A DNA stretch of 64,000 nucleotides from a virus. The stretch covers positions 5,868-69,867 of the IMG/VR virus record IMGVR_UViG_3300031643_000106; one strand, 5' to 3'. Every line of letters starts with the position of its first letter. Position 1 is the first letter of the stretch. A program made the translations under genes and the position numbers. Positions 31,399-40,425 of the stretch are shown here, one piece after another. The notes under the pieces are model-generated. The model worked only from the letters and a program-made list of their open reading frames with translations, did no database searches and was not told where the DNA came from.

Positions 31399-31965
31399 AT
31401 GTCTACTATAGCACAAAGGACAGGACATCATGGAAGTGGGCAATTGACTGTTGGGACAAGCGCAAAAGCAATTACCCAGATAGTTAAATCTACAGGCGCA
31501 AGCACAATCTACTCGATTAACTCGGTACTTGATGGGGCGGCATGGGATTTATCTGACGTTGAAGTTGGTGACGTGGTTAAGACAGCGGACGGCTATCGTG
31601 GCGTTGTTACTGCCGTAGATGACGCAAGTGATACATTGTCAATAGCAGGTGGCTGGATGTCTCCAAGTGGACGTGCGCCTAATGTAAACTCGTCAAGAAA
31701 GCCTACTGACACTAATGCAGCAACAGTGTATAGAGTGAATAGATGCAAGCGCATTAAGATTAACGCCGACGCAGGTAATGGTATATCAATATTCGTCAGG
31801 CATGGTGGCTCTGCTCCGGGGGCGGGTGTATACACTGATTACCCACTACCGGCAGGAGTATCACTATCGCTGGAAGCAGAACATGAATATATAGACCTGA
31901 CTACTGTGTGGGTTATAGCGGCTGGTGCAGCTACCGCTAACTGGATTATAGGAGGAGTGAATTGA
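31399..31965 (+). CDS. Virion-associated hypothetical protein
   Basis: SD GAGGTG; beta-rich; precedes the receptor-binding module. Confidence 0.5.
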   Translation: MSTIAQRTGHHGSGQLTVGTSAKAITQIVKSTGASTIYSINSVLDGAAWDLSDVEVGDVVKTADGYRGVVTAVDDASDTLSIAGGWMSPSGRAPNVNSSRKPTDTNAATVYRVNRCKRIKINADAGNGISIFVRHGGSAPGAGVYTDYPLPAGVSLSLEAEHEYIDLTTVWVIAAGAATANWIIGGVN

Positions 31966-31966
31966 A

Positions 31967-32941
31967 ATGCCATATAAACGCAATGTTCAACATCCCGGAC
32001 AGCGCGAGATAAAGAACCTGACGGTAGCGACAGTAATAAAGGCTATACCGGATGGGACTACAACTCCAAGCGTCACAGATGAAATGCACATAGAAATTGA
32101 GAATACTGTAGCAGTTACAATCACTGATTTCATCGGTGTACCGGCTGGCAAAGGGCAGATTCTATACACCCATTTGAAAGATGGGGTAACAAGTTTTGGC
32201 AATGATGGTACAAAGTTAAACATATTGGACATGCCGCCCGGTGTAGATTGGGGGCCGGGGAATTTAGATGAGATATTAAAGTGGTATCATGATGGTACAA
32301 CATGGAATTTAATAGAAGTAAACAAAACTGGTGCAGAAACATATACTATTAAAGACCTAGACGATGGTGATACTACCCCGGATATAACTAACGTTAGCCA
32401 TATAAGGACTAATAACACTACCCCAACGACTATAACAAACTTCACAGGGAAGGGTAGCAAAGGACAGATAGTATATACGCATATAGGAGATGATGAACTT
32501 ACTAGCTTTGGCAATGATCCAACAAAGCTAAAGTTTTTGGACATGCCGCCCGGTGTAGATTGGGGGCCGGGGAATTTTGAAGAGATATTGAAGTGGATAC
32601 ATGACGGAACTAGGTGGGTACTAGCATCAAAGACGCCTACTGCTGCAACAATATCGCCTATAAAAGTAATCGAAGATGGCGAGACTGAGCCTGATGTTAC
32701 TGATGTAACAGATATAGTAATAGAAAACACTGCCCCTACAACCATCACCAATTTTGTCGGAGGTAAAGAAGGCAAAGTTATTTATGTGCATATTGCTGAT
32801 GACCAGAAATCTACCTTTGGTAATGACCCGACAAAGCTAAAGTTCCTTAACATGCCCCCCGGAGTAAACTGGGGGCCGGGCAACATTGATGAGATATTAA
32901 AGTGGCAGCATGACGGGACAAAATGGATTTACGTTGGCTGA
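31967..32941 (+). CDS. Protein of three tandem ~100-aa beta-sandwich repeats
   Basis: Three units DG.T.P.(V/I)T...NT...TITxF.G..G..Y.H..D...FGND.TKL..L.MPPGV.WGPGN..EILKW.HDGT.W. A 41-bp stretch is identical at 32225-32265 and 32537-32577. Confidence 0.85.
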   Translation: MPYKRNVQHPGQREIKNLTVATVIKAIPDGTTTPSVTDEMHIEIENTVAVTITDFIGVPAGKGQILYTHLKDGVTSFGNDGTKLNILDMPPGVDWGPGNLDEILKWYHDGTTWNLIEVNKTGAETYTIKDLDDGDTTPDITNVSHIRTNNTTPTTITNFTGKGSKGQIVYTHIGDDELTSFGNDPTKLKFLDMPPGVDWGPGNFEEILKWIHDGTRWVLASKTPTAATISPIKVIEDGETEPDVTDVTDIVIENTAPTTITNFVGGKEGKVIYVHIADDQKSTFGNDPTKLKFLNMPPGVNWGPGNIDEILKWQHDGTKWIYVG

Positions 32942-32960
32942 ACACCATAAGGAGCGAAAA

Positions 32961-33323
32961 ATGAAATATGCTGGATGTATTATATTGCTATTGATAATAG
33001 CAGGATGTTCTGGTAGCGAGAAAGCTACCATTGTAGAAGATAAGGCATTAACCGTCTTTAGCGATGGTGAAGAGTATCCAAGTGTAGCTTCAGGAAACTA
33101 CTTTGCCACTAATAACAGTGGCTTAACAACCATCAAAGATTTTACAGATGGGTATGATAAAAAGATTATCACCATTATCTTTCGTGATGATAATACTATA
33201 GTGGAAAGCAATGACAGCATAGTATTGATGGGCGAATTGTCATTTGCTACTATAAAAGGCGATGCATTAACATTAGTTAAGTATGATGATACGTGGGAAG
33301 AAGTCAATAGACTTTTGAAATGA
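32961..33323 (+). CDS. Predicted lipoprotein carrying one copy of the same beta-sandwich domain
   Basis: MKYAGCIILLLIIAG-C lipobox; DGEEYPSV...TNNSGLTTIKDFTDG..W matches the upstream repeat. Confidence 0.65.
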   Translation: MKYAGCIILLLIIAGCSGSEKATIVEDKALTVFSDGEEYPSVASGNYFATNNSGLTTIKDFTDGYDKKIITIIFRDDNTIVESNDSIVLMGELSFATIKGDALTLVKYDDTWEEVNRLLK

Positions 33324-33331
33324 GGTATATA

Positions 33332-36300
33332 ATGAAAACGAAGAAGCTAATTACAGTATTATTACTTGTGCTGATTACCAGCATGGCTTATGGAGCATCT
33401 TTGCGCCCTGCTTACTTTGGCGATGGAGTAAACAAAGGTGCTGCCGGGCATGATGTTCGAGCATACGGGGCTACTGGCGATGGCGTAACTGATGACGCCG
33501 CAGCTATACAGGCGGCAGCCGATGCGGTAGCCGTAGTCGGGGGAGTGGTATTCTTGCCACCTGCGACCTATGCTATAGAATCTGGTATCACTATAGCCGC
33601 TGGCGTTCATGTTGAAATGGTTGGAGCCACCCTGCTATATACCGGCACTGCGGAAGAAACAGCATTAACGATTGGCGAACCCGGAGTCAATAATCGGCAC
33701 GTATCCCTAATGGGGTTAAGTGTAGAAAGAGACACCTATAGTGACTGGTCTAATAATGCCAATATCGGTATCAGTATAATCAACGCTGTGGGTTGCGATA
33801 TAAACATTGCCTTAGCGGCCGGGTTTACTATTGGCGTTAAATGCCTCGGACATGGGAAGGGCTGGGTTCATAACAATACACAGCTTGGGCGGATATTATA
33901 TAATAAATATGGCCTTATGCTTTCCAATGATACTTATGCTGGTGCCTATGGCTGGTGTAATGATAACCGGTTCTATGGTGGGCATTTTTCCACCTATTCA
34001 GGACAGTCTACTACAATAGACTGTCATGCTGTCTGGATAACAAGTGATGATGGTGGGTATACCGCCAATAACTCCAACGCCTTTTTTGGGATGGGGATAG
34101 AATTATCCGCCAGAACAGGAGGTGCTTATAGCTATGGGGTATTATTAACACATGGAAATAGTAATGACTTTCATTCGTTACGGATAGAGGGCGTGGATTA
34201 TATCTACAAATCCGAAAACGATTCTGCAAGAAACGTTTTTTGGTTAATTCGTGATATTGATGATGATTTTGTTGAAGATGGTGACAAGCACTCTAATATT
34301 ATTTTTCATCGAGATAAAGTAGAAGAGCGGCCACCACGAGCGATTTTCTTATCAGGGCCTTTGTATAAGAAGGCTGCCTATTATGATGGCGATACAAACG
34401 TTAATGTGCCAAATGTGTTTCTTGCCAAGAATGATGCTGTAACATATTCTAATATGGATAATATAGATATTACAGATGAATATTTACAGTTTACCACCCG
34501 TGGTGTTGGAATTTTCGTCAATACAGAAAATGCCAAAAAGTTTCTGGTAACCAGAGATGCCGTTGCGGGCAACGGTGGAAGATTATATGTCCGTTGCTAT
34601 GACAGCGATGGCGCACTCCTTGATGGCTCCGGGGTCACCACGTATTTATATAGCAGGCGAGCTAGTACCGCTATGTCGTGGAGTGTAAACTACGGCGGTG
34701 CATATATATCTGGTGTAGACAGCGACGTGGCCGTTAGGTTCGAGGTAACCAGCGATGTTAAGACGATTGGTATTATATGCACATCTGGCACAAACCCACT
34801 CAAGATTCGCAGCTTCGCTATATATGAACTTGATGCAGCACGTTCTTATGCTGCTGCTTGCTTTACAGGCTACGAGGAAATAGTACCCGGTGTCAACATT
34901 GGAACCACGTCGCCTACTGCTGGCAAGTACGAGGTTGGCCGACTTGTATATAACGCTACCCCAAGCGAATGGGCTGTAATTGGGTGGCAGTGCGTCAGCC
35001 GTGTTGATAGCCAGATGCGTGTCGGTGCAGTAGCTACCGATACGACTATGGAGATAGACGCCACTGCTGGTATGACTGCCGGGGATATTGTAGGTGTCGT
35101 GCAGGACGATGGCACTACTCACTGGACGACAGTAGCTTCCATTACAGACGGAGATACTCTGGAACTCACTGTTGGGCTGACGGACGACGCGGCAATAGAT
35201 AACGATGTTTACACCTATCGCTTTGTCGCCTTTGGGTCAGTTGGCACGCCGTCTGCTACGCAAGTAATAGACGCAGTTGGCGATGCTATTCTGGCCAATG
35301 CCACGACTATCGTTCTCAATCCTGACGCCGACTATGTTCTGACGAGTACACCGACTATCGCAGACGGCACGACAGGGCAGGTGCTTTATATCACCTGTGC
35401 GAATAACGAAGCGCATACCGTAACCATTCAGGATCAGGATACATTAGCCAGTTCTCATTTGCAACTTTTGGCATCGACTCAGGTAGTTACGGGGAAGAAG
35501 GTTCTTCTCTTACAATTCGATGGCACTGACTGGGTGCAGTTGACGGGGCTGACGGACGCTGATTATGGCGACGTGACGATTTCGGGTGGCGTATGGTCGG
35601 TGGAAGATGATAGCCATTCTCATACAGGAGCAACCTTGTCAGGAATAGATATATCGGCAGATACGAATCTGGCCGCCGGTTCTGGCATTACATTAACAGG
35701 TGATACACTGAGCACCAATATCCCCGGTGGATATTATAGGGAATATGACGATAAATGGCAATATAAAGGCGTAGGTGCGGCGGCTGATAGGTATACATTA
35801 CAGAGCCCAGCAGGATTATTGCTAGATATAGACGGTACGATGTATCGGATAGTCGCACAGACGGATTATGTTCTGTCTGCGGCTGCGACTTGGGATACTC
35901 AAGTAGGAACAGATTACACGGTAGCCGCAAACAGGGCTGGTGTTGACTTTTATATTTATGCTATCCAACCGGCATCGGGAACTGTGCCACTTATTGAGGT
36001 AAGTGACAATAGTAGTGCCCCGGATGGCTATACTACCGCAAATTCCCGCAAGGTCGGCGGCTTCCATTGTCTTTGTGTTGCCGTTGGCACTATTGGCGGC
36101 CATCCACTTACAGATTTTGTTGCAGGCGATATACTTCCTGACAGCGTATGGGATTATGACCATCGCCCTATGGCATCGCCGGAGGGTATGGTATATTCTG
36201 AAGCGGCAAATATCTGGGTAGATATATATCTCGCTTCAGGCACAGGTGCGACAACTGCATCTGTTTATGGTGCTACAATTACCGATACGCGGAACTGGAT

Positions 36301-36880
36301 GGACTTCACGGACGACGGTGCTGCCGTGAAGAAGCGGCTGCTCTGGGATGGCGAATTTCAGAAAATCGCTGCTGGTAGCAACGAAGAAACGAATATTGCT
36401 GGCGGTGCTGACCCTGGTACAACCGGGGGACATAGTGACACCGTAGGCAGGCGGATGATTTCCAACATCGGAGTTGAGGACGGTTGCGGGGTTATGCGGC
36501 AATGGCTACAAGACCAGAGCTATCGCTACGATGCTGGTAACCATACTCATTCTGTAACTGTCACGTACAAGGCCAGCGCAACCGGTTCGCCTGTCTACAA
36601 AGACCAGGCTGAGACGAATTTTAATGGTGTAACTGGCTCAGGAGCGGATGAAACAGTTAATACTTCAAGCGTTGACCCCGATCCTGCTTGGGCGCATCAA
36701 AACCTCGCTGGCGCTAAGGGTAGTCTTTACAGGCAGGGCACATACGGGGATGTGAAGCTGCGGGCGGGTGCGGATTGGAATGACGGGACGGATTCCGGGT
36801 CTCGGGCTCGGTATGCGGATGGCTACCGTTGGTCTGCGAATGCGGCTATCGGTGGCCGCTTCGCTTCGGAGCCGCGATAA
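33332..36880 (+). CDS. DGR target: tailspike/adhesin-like protein (beta-helix N-terminal part, CLec/Mtd-like C-terminus with VR)
   Basis: DVRAYGATGDGVTDDAAAIQAA (pectate-lyase-3-like cap). C-terminal KVGGFH..SVWD..HRP..PEGM..WVDIYL..GVMRQW..AG..W..G..SGSR..R....GRF is typical of Mtd-like DGR targets. Confidence 0.85.
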   Translation: MKTKKLITVLLLVLITSMAYGASLRPAYFGDGVNKGAAGHDVRAYGATGDGVTDDAAAIQAAADAVAVVGGVVFLPPATYAIESGITIAAGVHVEMVGATLLYTGTAEETALTIGEPGVNNRHVSLMGLSVERDTYSDWSNNANIGISIINAVGCDINIALAAGFTIGVKCLGHGKGWVHNNTQLGRILYNKYGLMLSNDTYAGAYGWCNDNRFYGGHFSTYSGQSTTIDCHAVWITSDDGGYTANNSNAFFGMGIELSARTGGAYSYGVLLTHGNSNDFHSLRIEGVDYIYKSENDSARNVFWLIRDIDDDFVEDGDKHSNIIFHRDKVEERPPRAIFLSGPLYKKAAYYDGDTNVNVPNVFLAKNDAVTYSNMDNIDITDEYLQFTTRGVGIFVNTENAKKFLVTRDAVAGNGGRLYVRCYDSDGALLDGSGVTTYLYSRRASTAMSWSVNYGGAYISGVDSDVAVRFEVTSDVKTIGIICTSGTNPLKIRSFAIYELDAARSYAAACFTGYEEIVPGVNIGTTSPTAGKYEVGRLVYNATPSEWAVIGWQCVSRVDSQMRVGAVATDTTMEIDATAGMTAGDIVGVVQDDGTTHWTTVASITDGDTLELTVGLTDDAAIDNDVYTYRFVAFGSVGTPSATQVIDAVGDAILANATTIVLNPDADYVLTSTPTIADGTTGQVLYITCANNEAHTVTIQDQDTLASSHLQLLASTQVVTGKKVLLLQFDGTDWVQLTGLTDADYGDVTISGGVWSVEDDSHSHTGATLSGIDISADTNLAAGSGITLTGDTLSTNIPGGYYREYDDKWQYKGVGAAADRYTLQSPAGLLLDIDGTMYRIVAQTDYVLSAAATWDTQVGTDYTVAANRAGVDFYIYAIQPASGTVPLIEVSDNSSAPDGYTTANSRKVGGFHCLCVAVGTIGGHPLTDFVAGDILPDSVWDYDHRPMASPEGMVYSEAANIWVDIYLASGTGATTASVYGATITDTRNWMDFTDDGAAVKKRLLWDGEFQKIAAGSNEETNIAGGADPGTTGGHSDTVGRRMISNIGVEDGCGVMRQWLQDQSYRYDAGNHTHSVTVTYKASATGSPVYKDQAETNFNGVTGSGADETVNTSSVDPDPAWAHQNLAGAKGSLYRQGTYGDVKLRAGADWNDGTDSGSRARYADGYRWSANAAIGGRFASEPR
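36763..36870 (+). repeat. DGR variable repeat (VR)
   Basis: 108 bp that align without gaps to 36954-37061. 17 mismatches, all at TR adenines (13 A>G, 2 A>T, 2 A>C). Confidence 0.97.
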
Positions 36881-36890
36881 GTAATGAGAA

Positions 36891-36930
36891 AAAGATAAAA
36901 CGAAGAACGCGAAACGCGCGATTTATTTTT
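36891..36930 (+). promoter_or_regulatory. Imperfect hairpin 3' of VR (candidate DGR target-recognition stem-loop)
   Basis: AAAGATAAAACG...CGCG-AAA-CGCG-CGATTTATTTTT; short and bulged. Confidence 0.35.
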
Positions 36931-36953
36931 GGGCTGATAGGTCTGTGGCTGCT

Positions 36954-37061
36954 GGCAGGTGCGAATTGGAATAACGGGACGAATTCCGGGTCTCAGGCTC
37001 GGAATGCGAATAACTACCGTTGGAATACGAATACGAATATCGGTAGCCGCTTCACTTCGGA
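36954..37061 (+). ncRNA. DGR template repeat (TR)
   Basis: Adenine-rich copy of VR with 30 A and ten AAT/AAC codons in the VR frame; lies between the target and the RT. Confidence 0.97.
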
Positions 37062-37176
37062 TACAGGACTGTGAGCTAACTCCTGGCTGGACTTATTGGC
37101 CTTGTCGAAAGGCAAAATACAAAACGGAGGGGCTGGAGGGCTAGTAGCGATTGCGAAAGTCATCCAGCCTATTATC

Positions 37177-38187
37177 ATGAAGCGTCATGGAAATTTATAC
37201 GCCAAAATAGCGAATATTGATAATATTCGTATAGCATATTTGAAGGCTAGAAAAGGTAAGGGCTGGCAGCGCACTATAAAGCGGTTCGATGTCAACCTAA
37301 ATGCGAATCTTGAGGCAATATATAGAATGCTTGCAGACAGAAAATTCAATACATCGCCATATAAAACAAAAATAATAAATGAGCCGAAACGGCGCGAGAT
37401 ATTTATTCTACCATTCGCTCCTGACAGGATTGTGCAGCACGCATTGATGAACGTCGTTGAGCCGATATGGGAAGGCCTATTTATCCACGATTCTTATGCC
37501 TGTAGAGTTGGCAAAGGCATACATGCAGGAAGCAGGCGCACGATGGAGTTCGTGAGGAGAAACAGATATTGCCTGCAATGCGATGTATCAAAATTCTACC
37601 CGTCAATAGACCACGATACCCTATTTTCCATAATTCAGAACAAGATAAAGTGTAGCGACACGCTGGCGATGATAAAAAATATTGTTTACAGCACTGAAGG
37701 GCCGAGAAATGTTCCCATAGGAAATTATACCAGCCAGTGGTTTGGCAACCTGTATTTGAACGAGCTTGATAGTTTTGTCAAGCAGAAATGCCAAATCAAG
37801 GATTACATTCGATATTGTGATGATTTTCTCCTGTTCCATGACGATAAGCGGCATTTGCATGAAATTAAAGATGAACTGAAGGCCTTCGTGGATGCAAGGC
37901 TCAGTCTGAGGCTAAGGAAAGATAGTATATTCCCTGTAAGCCAGGGGGTGGACTTTCTTGGATACCGGCATTTTAGAGGATATATCTTGCTGAGGAAAAG
38001 CACCGCTAAGCGCGTGATAAAGCGGCTGAGGAAAATGCCGGAAATGCTTGCATCCGGTAGGCTTTCTAAGGATAGGGCCAGGGCGTCACTTGCATCGACT
38101 AGGGGCTGGCTAAGATGGGCAAATGCGCACAATCTGTCATTGAGCCTGGAGATGGATAAATTGATGGAGCTGTGCGATGCAGCCTAA
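37177..38187 (+). CDS. DGR reverse transcriptase
   Basis: MKRHGNLY, ARKGK, EPKRREI, DRIVQHA, SYACR.GKG.H, DVSKFYPSIDH, PIGNYTSQ, YIRYCDDF and GVDFLGY. Confidence 0.96.
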   Translation: MKRHGNLYAKIANIDNIRIAYLKARKGKGWQRTIKRFDVNLNANLEAIYRMLADRKFNTSPYKTKIINEPKRREIFILPFAPDRIVQHALMNVVEPIWEGLFIHDSYACRVGKGIHAGSRRTMEFVRRNRYCLQCDVSKFYPSIDHDTLFSIIQNKIKCSDTLAMIKNIVYSTEGPRNVPIGNYTSQWFGNLYLNELDSFVKQKCQIKDYIRYCDDFLLFHDDKRHLHEIKDELKAFVDARLSLRLRKDSIFPVSQGVDFLGYRHFRGYILLRKSTAKRVIKRLRKMPEMLASGRLSKDRARASLASTRGWLRWANAHNLSLSLEMDKLMELCDAA

Positions 38188-38476
38188 GAAATTTGGCGAT
38201 TTCGCCGACGAACCGCCGTTGCTGGAAGGTGAAAAACTAAAAATTGAGCAACTTATAAATAAGGAGATATTGGTTTTAGGGTATCGAATTGCTGATAGCA
38301 AGTATAACGGCGAAAGTCCAAAGAAATACCTGACAATACAATTAAGCATGGAGGACTCCAAACATATTGTTTTCACAGGCTCAAAAGTGCTTCGAGACCA
38401 GATAGAGAAATATAGCAAGGAGATACCCTTCTTTGCTACGATTAAAAAGGTGGATAAATATTACACTTTTACATAA
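38177..38476 (+). CDS. Small RT-coupled protein, candidate non-Avd DGR accessory factor
   Basis: 99 aa overlapping the RT stop; beta-rich pattern (EGEK.KI..L.NKEI.V...SKY...LTIQ..VFTGS.VL.DQ..PF.ATI). Confidence 0.55.
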   Translation: MQPKKFGDFADEPPLLEGEKLKIEQLINKEILVLGYRIADSKYNGESPKKYLTIQLSMEDSKHIVFTGSKVLRDQIEKYSKEIPFFATIKKVDKYYTFT

Positions 38477-38487
38477 GGAGATATGCC

Positions 38488-38895
38488 ATGAAGAGATTTC
38501 TTTTTATAATTGTGCTTCTGACTATTTGTTTCGTTTCTTTCCCCGGCGACGCGGCTAACGGCGGCGATAATATATACAGATTCTATATATCCCGCGCCGC
38601 TGCGAGGTTGCTGGATAATATTTATGACGGTATAGAGTTGGAGGTAACATGTGAAAGAACATCGGTAGATGGAAGGACGGGTGATGCCAAGATAAATTGG
38701 TATATTCAGAAAGATGAATTTTCGACATGGCCACCAAGTAAGCCAGAACTTAAAACAAAGATATTTGCATACCTGAAAGACAAAATAGGAAACAAGCGGC
38801 GCTTGGACAGGATGATTGAGGAGGCCAATAAGCCTGTAATTAGCCATGAGGATATTCCCGCTCTGCTGAAGTGGGAGTTTACTATTACTCAATAG
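38488..38895 (+). CDS. Predicted secreted hypothetical protein
   Basis: MKRFLFIIVLLTICFVSFPGDAA signal-peptide-like N-terminus; SD AAGGAG. Confidence 0.6.
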   Translation: MKRFLFIIVLLTICFVSFPGDAANGGDNIYRFYISRAAARLLDNIYDGIELEVTCERTSVDGRTGDAKINWYIQKDEFSTWPPSKPELKTKIFAYLKDKIGNKRRLDRMIEEANKPVISHEDIPALLKWEFTITQ

Positions 38896-39005
38896 CGGCG
38901 GCGTCAACAGATACGAAAGCGGCGGGATATTGGCCGTTATACCCACAACCATTGAATTAGGGGCATTCCCTATAAAAAAACTAAACTTATAGGGGGTGTC
39001 AAGAA

Positions 39006-39392
39006 ATGTCGGAGGCAGAAACAAAACATAAACCAGTGGCGGAGGACACATTGAATGGTGATGCTGCTATGCCAGAAGATTACGTTACTAGACAAACATG
39101 CACAGCTAATTTCAACAGAGTTATAGAGAAGATTAAAGATCTTAAAGACTCGGTAGATAGAAGCTTGGACAAAATGGATGAATTCGAGAAACGTATTAGT
39201 AATACCGAAACCGATGTAGCCGTAATCAACAAAGGGATTAGAAACGGCAAGGAATCAGACGACAAAGAAGCCAAAGGTAAATACGACAGACGCACATTCC
39301 AATTTAGTTTATGGCGGATAATATTGATGGTAGTGGGTATAATACTGGCATCAAATATACCAGATATTATAAAGTATATCGTACGGTTATAG
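39006..39392 (+). CDS. Coiled-coil protein with a C-terminal TM helix (holin/XhlA-like candidate)
   Basis: YVTRQTC, coiled coil and one hydrophobic helix near the C-terminus; lies at the end of the late operon. Confidence 0.45.
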   Translation: MSEAETKHKPVAEDTLNGDAAMPEDYVTRQTCTANFNRVIEKIKDLKDSVDRSLDKMDEFEKRISNTETDVAVINKGIRNGKESDDKEAKGKYDRRTFQFSLWRIILMVVGIILASNIPDIIKYIVRL

Positions 39393-39400
39393 GAGGATAC

Positions 39401-40231
39401 ATGGGCGAAATCGTTGACAGGAAAAATATATTGACTATATCAAAGGCATACAAGGAGACAGGACATCGCTTTGTCACTACCTGCGGGTGCTTTGATATAC
39501 TACACATAGGCCACAAGAGATTTCTTGAGGCGTGTGCAGCACAAGGCGATGTGTTGGTTGTATTAGTCAACAGCGATAGGTCAGTCCGTGCGCTGAAGGG
39601 CGCAGGTAGACCGTGTGTGCCGGAAGAAGAACGTGCGGAGATTCTATCCGCCTTTAGTTGTGTTGACTATGTATGTATATATGATGAAGATACGCCTGAT
39701 GAAATATTAAAGATTATAGACCCCGACGTGCATTGCAAAGGCAATGAATACAAGTTGGAGGACGTTGGTGAACGCCATGTAGTTCGTCATGTAGAACTTA
39801 TCCCCATTGACAAACTTAATTCTACCACAAAGATTATCAATCAAATTCTTGTGAACAACGGCACTATTGATGTCGAACAGCTACGCAATTCCCCAGACGT
39901 AGTAGTTGACGACAACCACGATTGGGGATTTGAACTCCGCCTTATTAACAACGATTTATACACCGGCAAGTTTTTGGTCTACACTAATAACACCCATGCA
40001 GGTAGCTGTCATTACCACGCAAAAAAGACAGAGACATTCAAGATTATTTCTGGTGAAGTTCTAGTATATAAAGAACCTAATGTTCAGCGAATATTCAAGC
40101 ACGGAGAGGAAATCTTAATACCGCGTGAGTACCGCCACCAGATGCGCGCCGTTACTCCCCGCGCTGTCATCATGGAAGTTAGCACCCACCACGACGATAG
40201 CGACACCTACAGAGTTGAGTCTATTCTATAG
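39401..40231 (+). CDS. hldC: Heptose-1-phosphate nucleotidyltransferase (HldE/RfaE domain II, HldC-type) fused to a cupin
   Basis: GCFDILHIGH, GDVLVVLVNSDRSVRALKG.GRP, ERAEIL, EDTP and STTKII; C-terminal WG.E..HYH.KKTETF..H..EVSTHH cupin. Confidence 0.88.
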   Translation: MGEIVDRKNILTISKAYKETGHRFVTTCGCFDILHIGHKRFLEACAAQGDVLVVLVNSDRSVRALKGAGRPCVPEEERAEILSAFSCVDYVCIYDEDTPDEILKIIDPDVHCKGNEYKLEDVGERHVVRHVELIPIDKLNSTTKIINQILVNNGTIDVEQLRNSPDVVVDDNHDWGFELRLINNDLYTGKFLVYTNNTHAGSCHYHAKKTETFKIISGEVLVYKEPNVQRIFKHGEEILIPREYRHQMRAVTPRAVIMEVSTHHDDSDTYRVESIL

Positions 40232-40425
40232 CACCATCGTCGTAGTTAGGTGGTAAATCGTGCCGTGTTCTTTACCGTCAGTTCTCAGATTGGACATGAG
40301 AACTACTCCATAAGCAACAATCCTTCCGTATTTGACCTGTAAGGCGTTTTCTTTGCACAAAAAACTAAATGCCGAATAAAGTGGCGCAAAAGTTATTTGT
40401 TCTTGACCTTGCCCATGTCTCGCCC

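Noticed and set aside
36829-37074. 81-aa ORF spanning TR that resembles the target C-terminus
   Set aside because: It is the TR read in the VR frame (Asn-rich because of AAY codons); no good start or SD.
37177-38187. Group II intron or retron RT
   Set aside because: Short RT with GxxxSQ and an adjacent A-specific TR/VR pair; no maturase/endonuclease extension or intron domain V seen.
500-39570. Numerous antisense ORFs of 60-250 aa in the ORF track
   Set aside because: Shadows of long sense genes, with no SDs or motifs.
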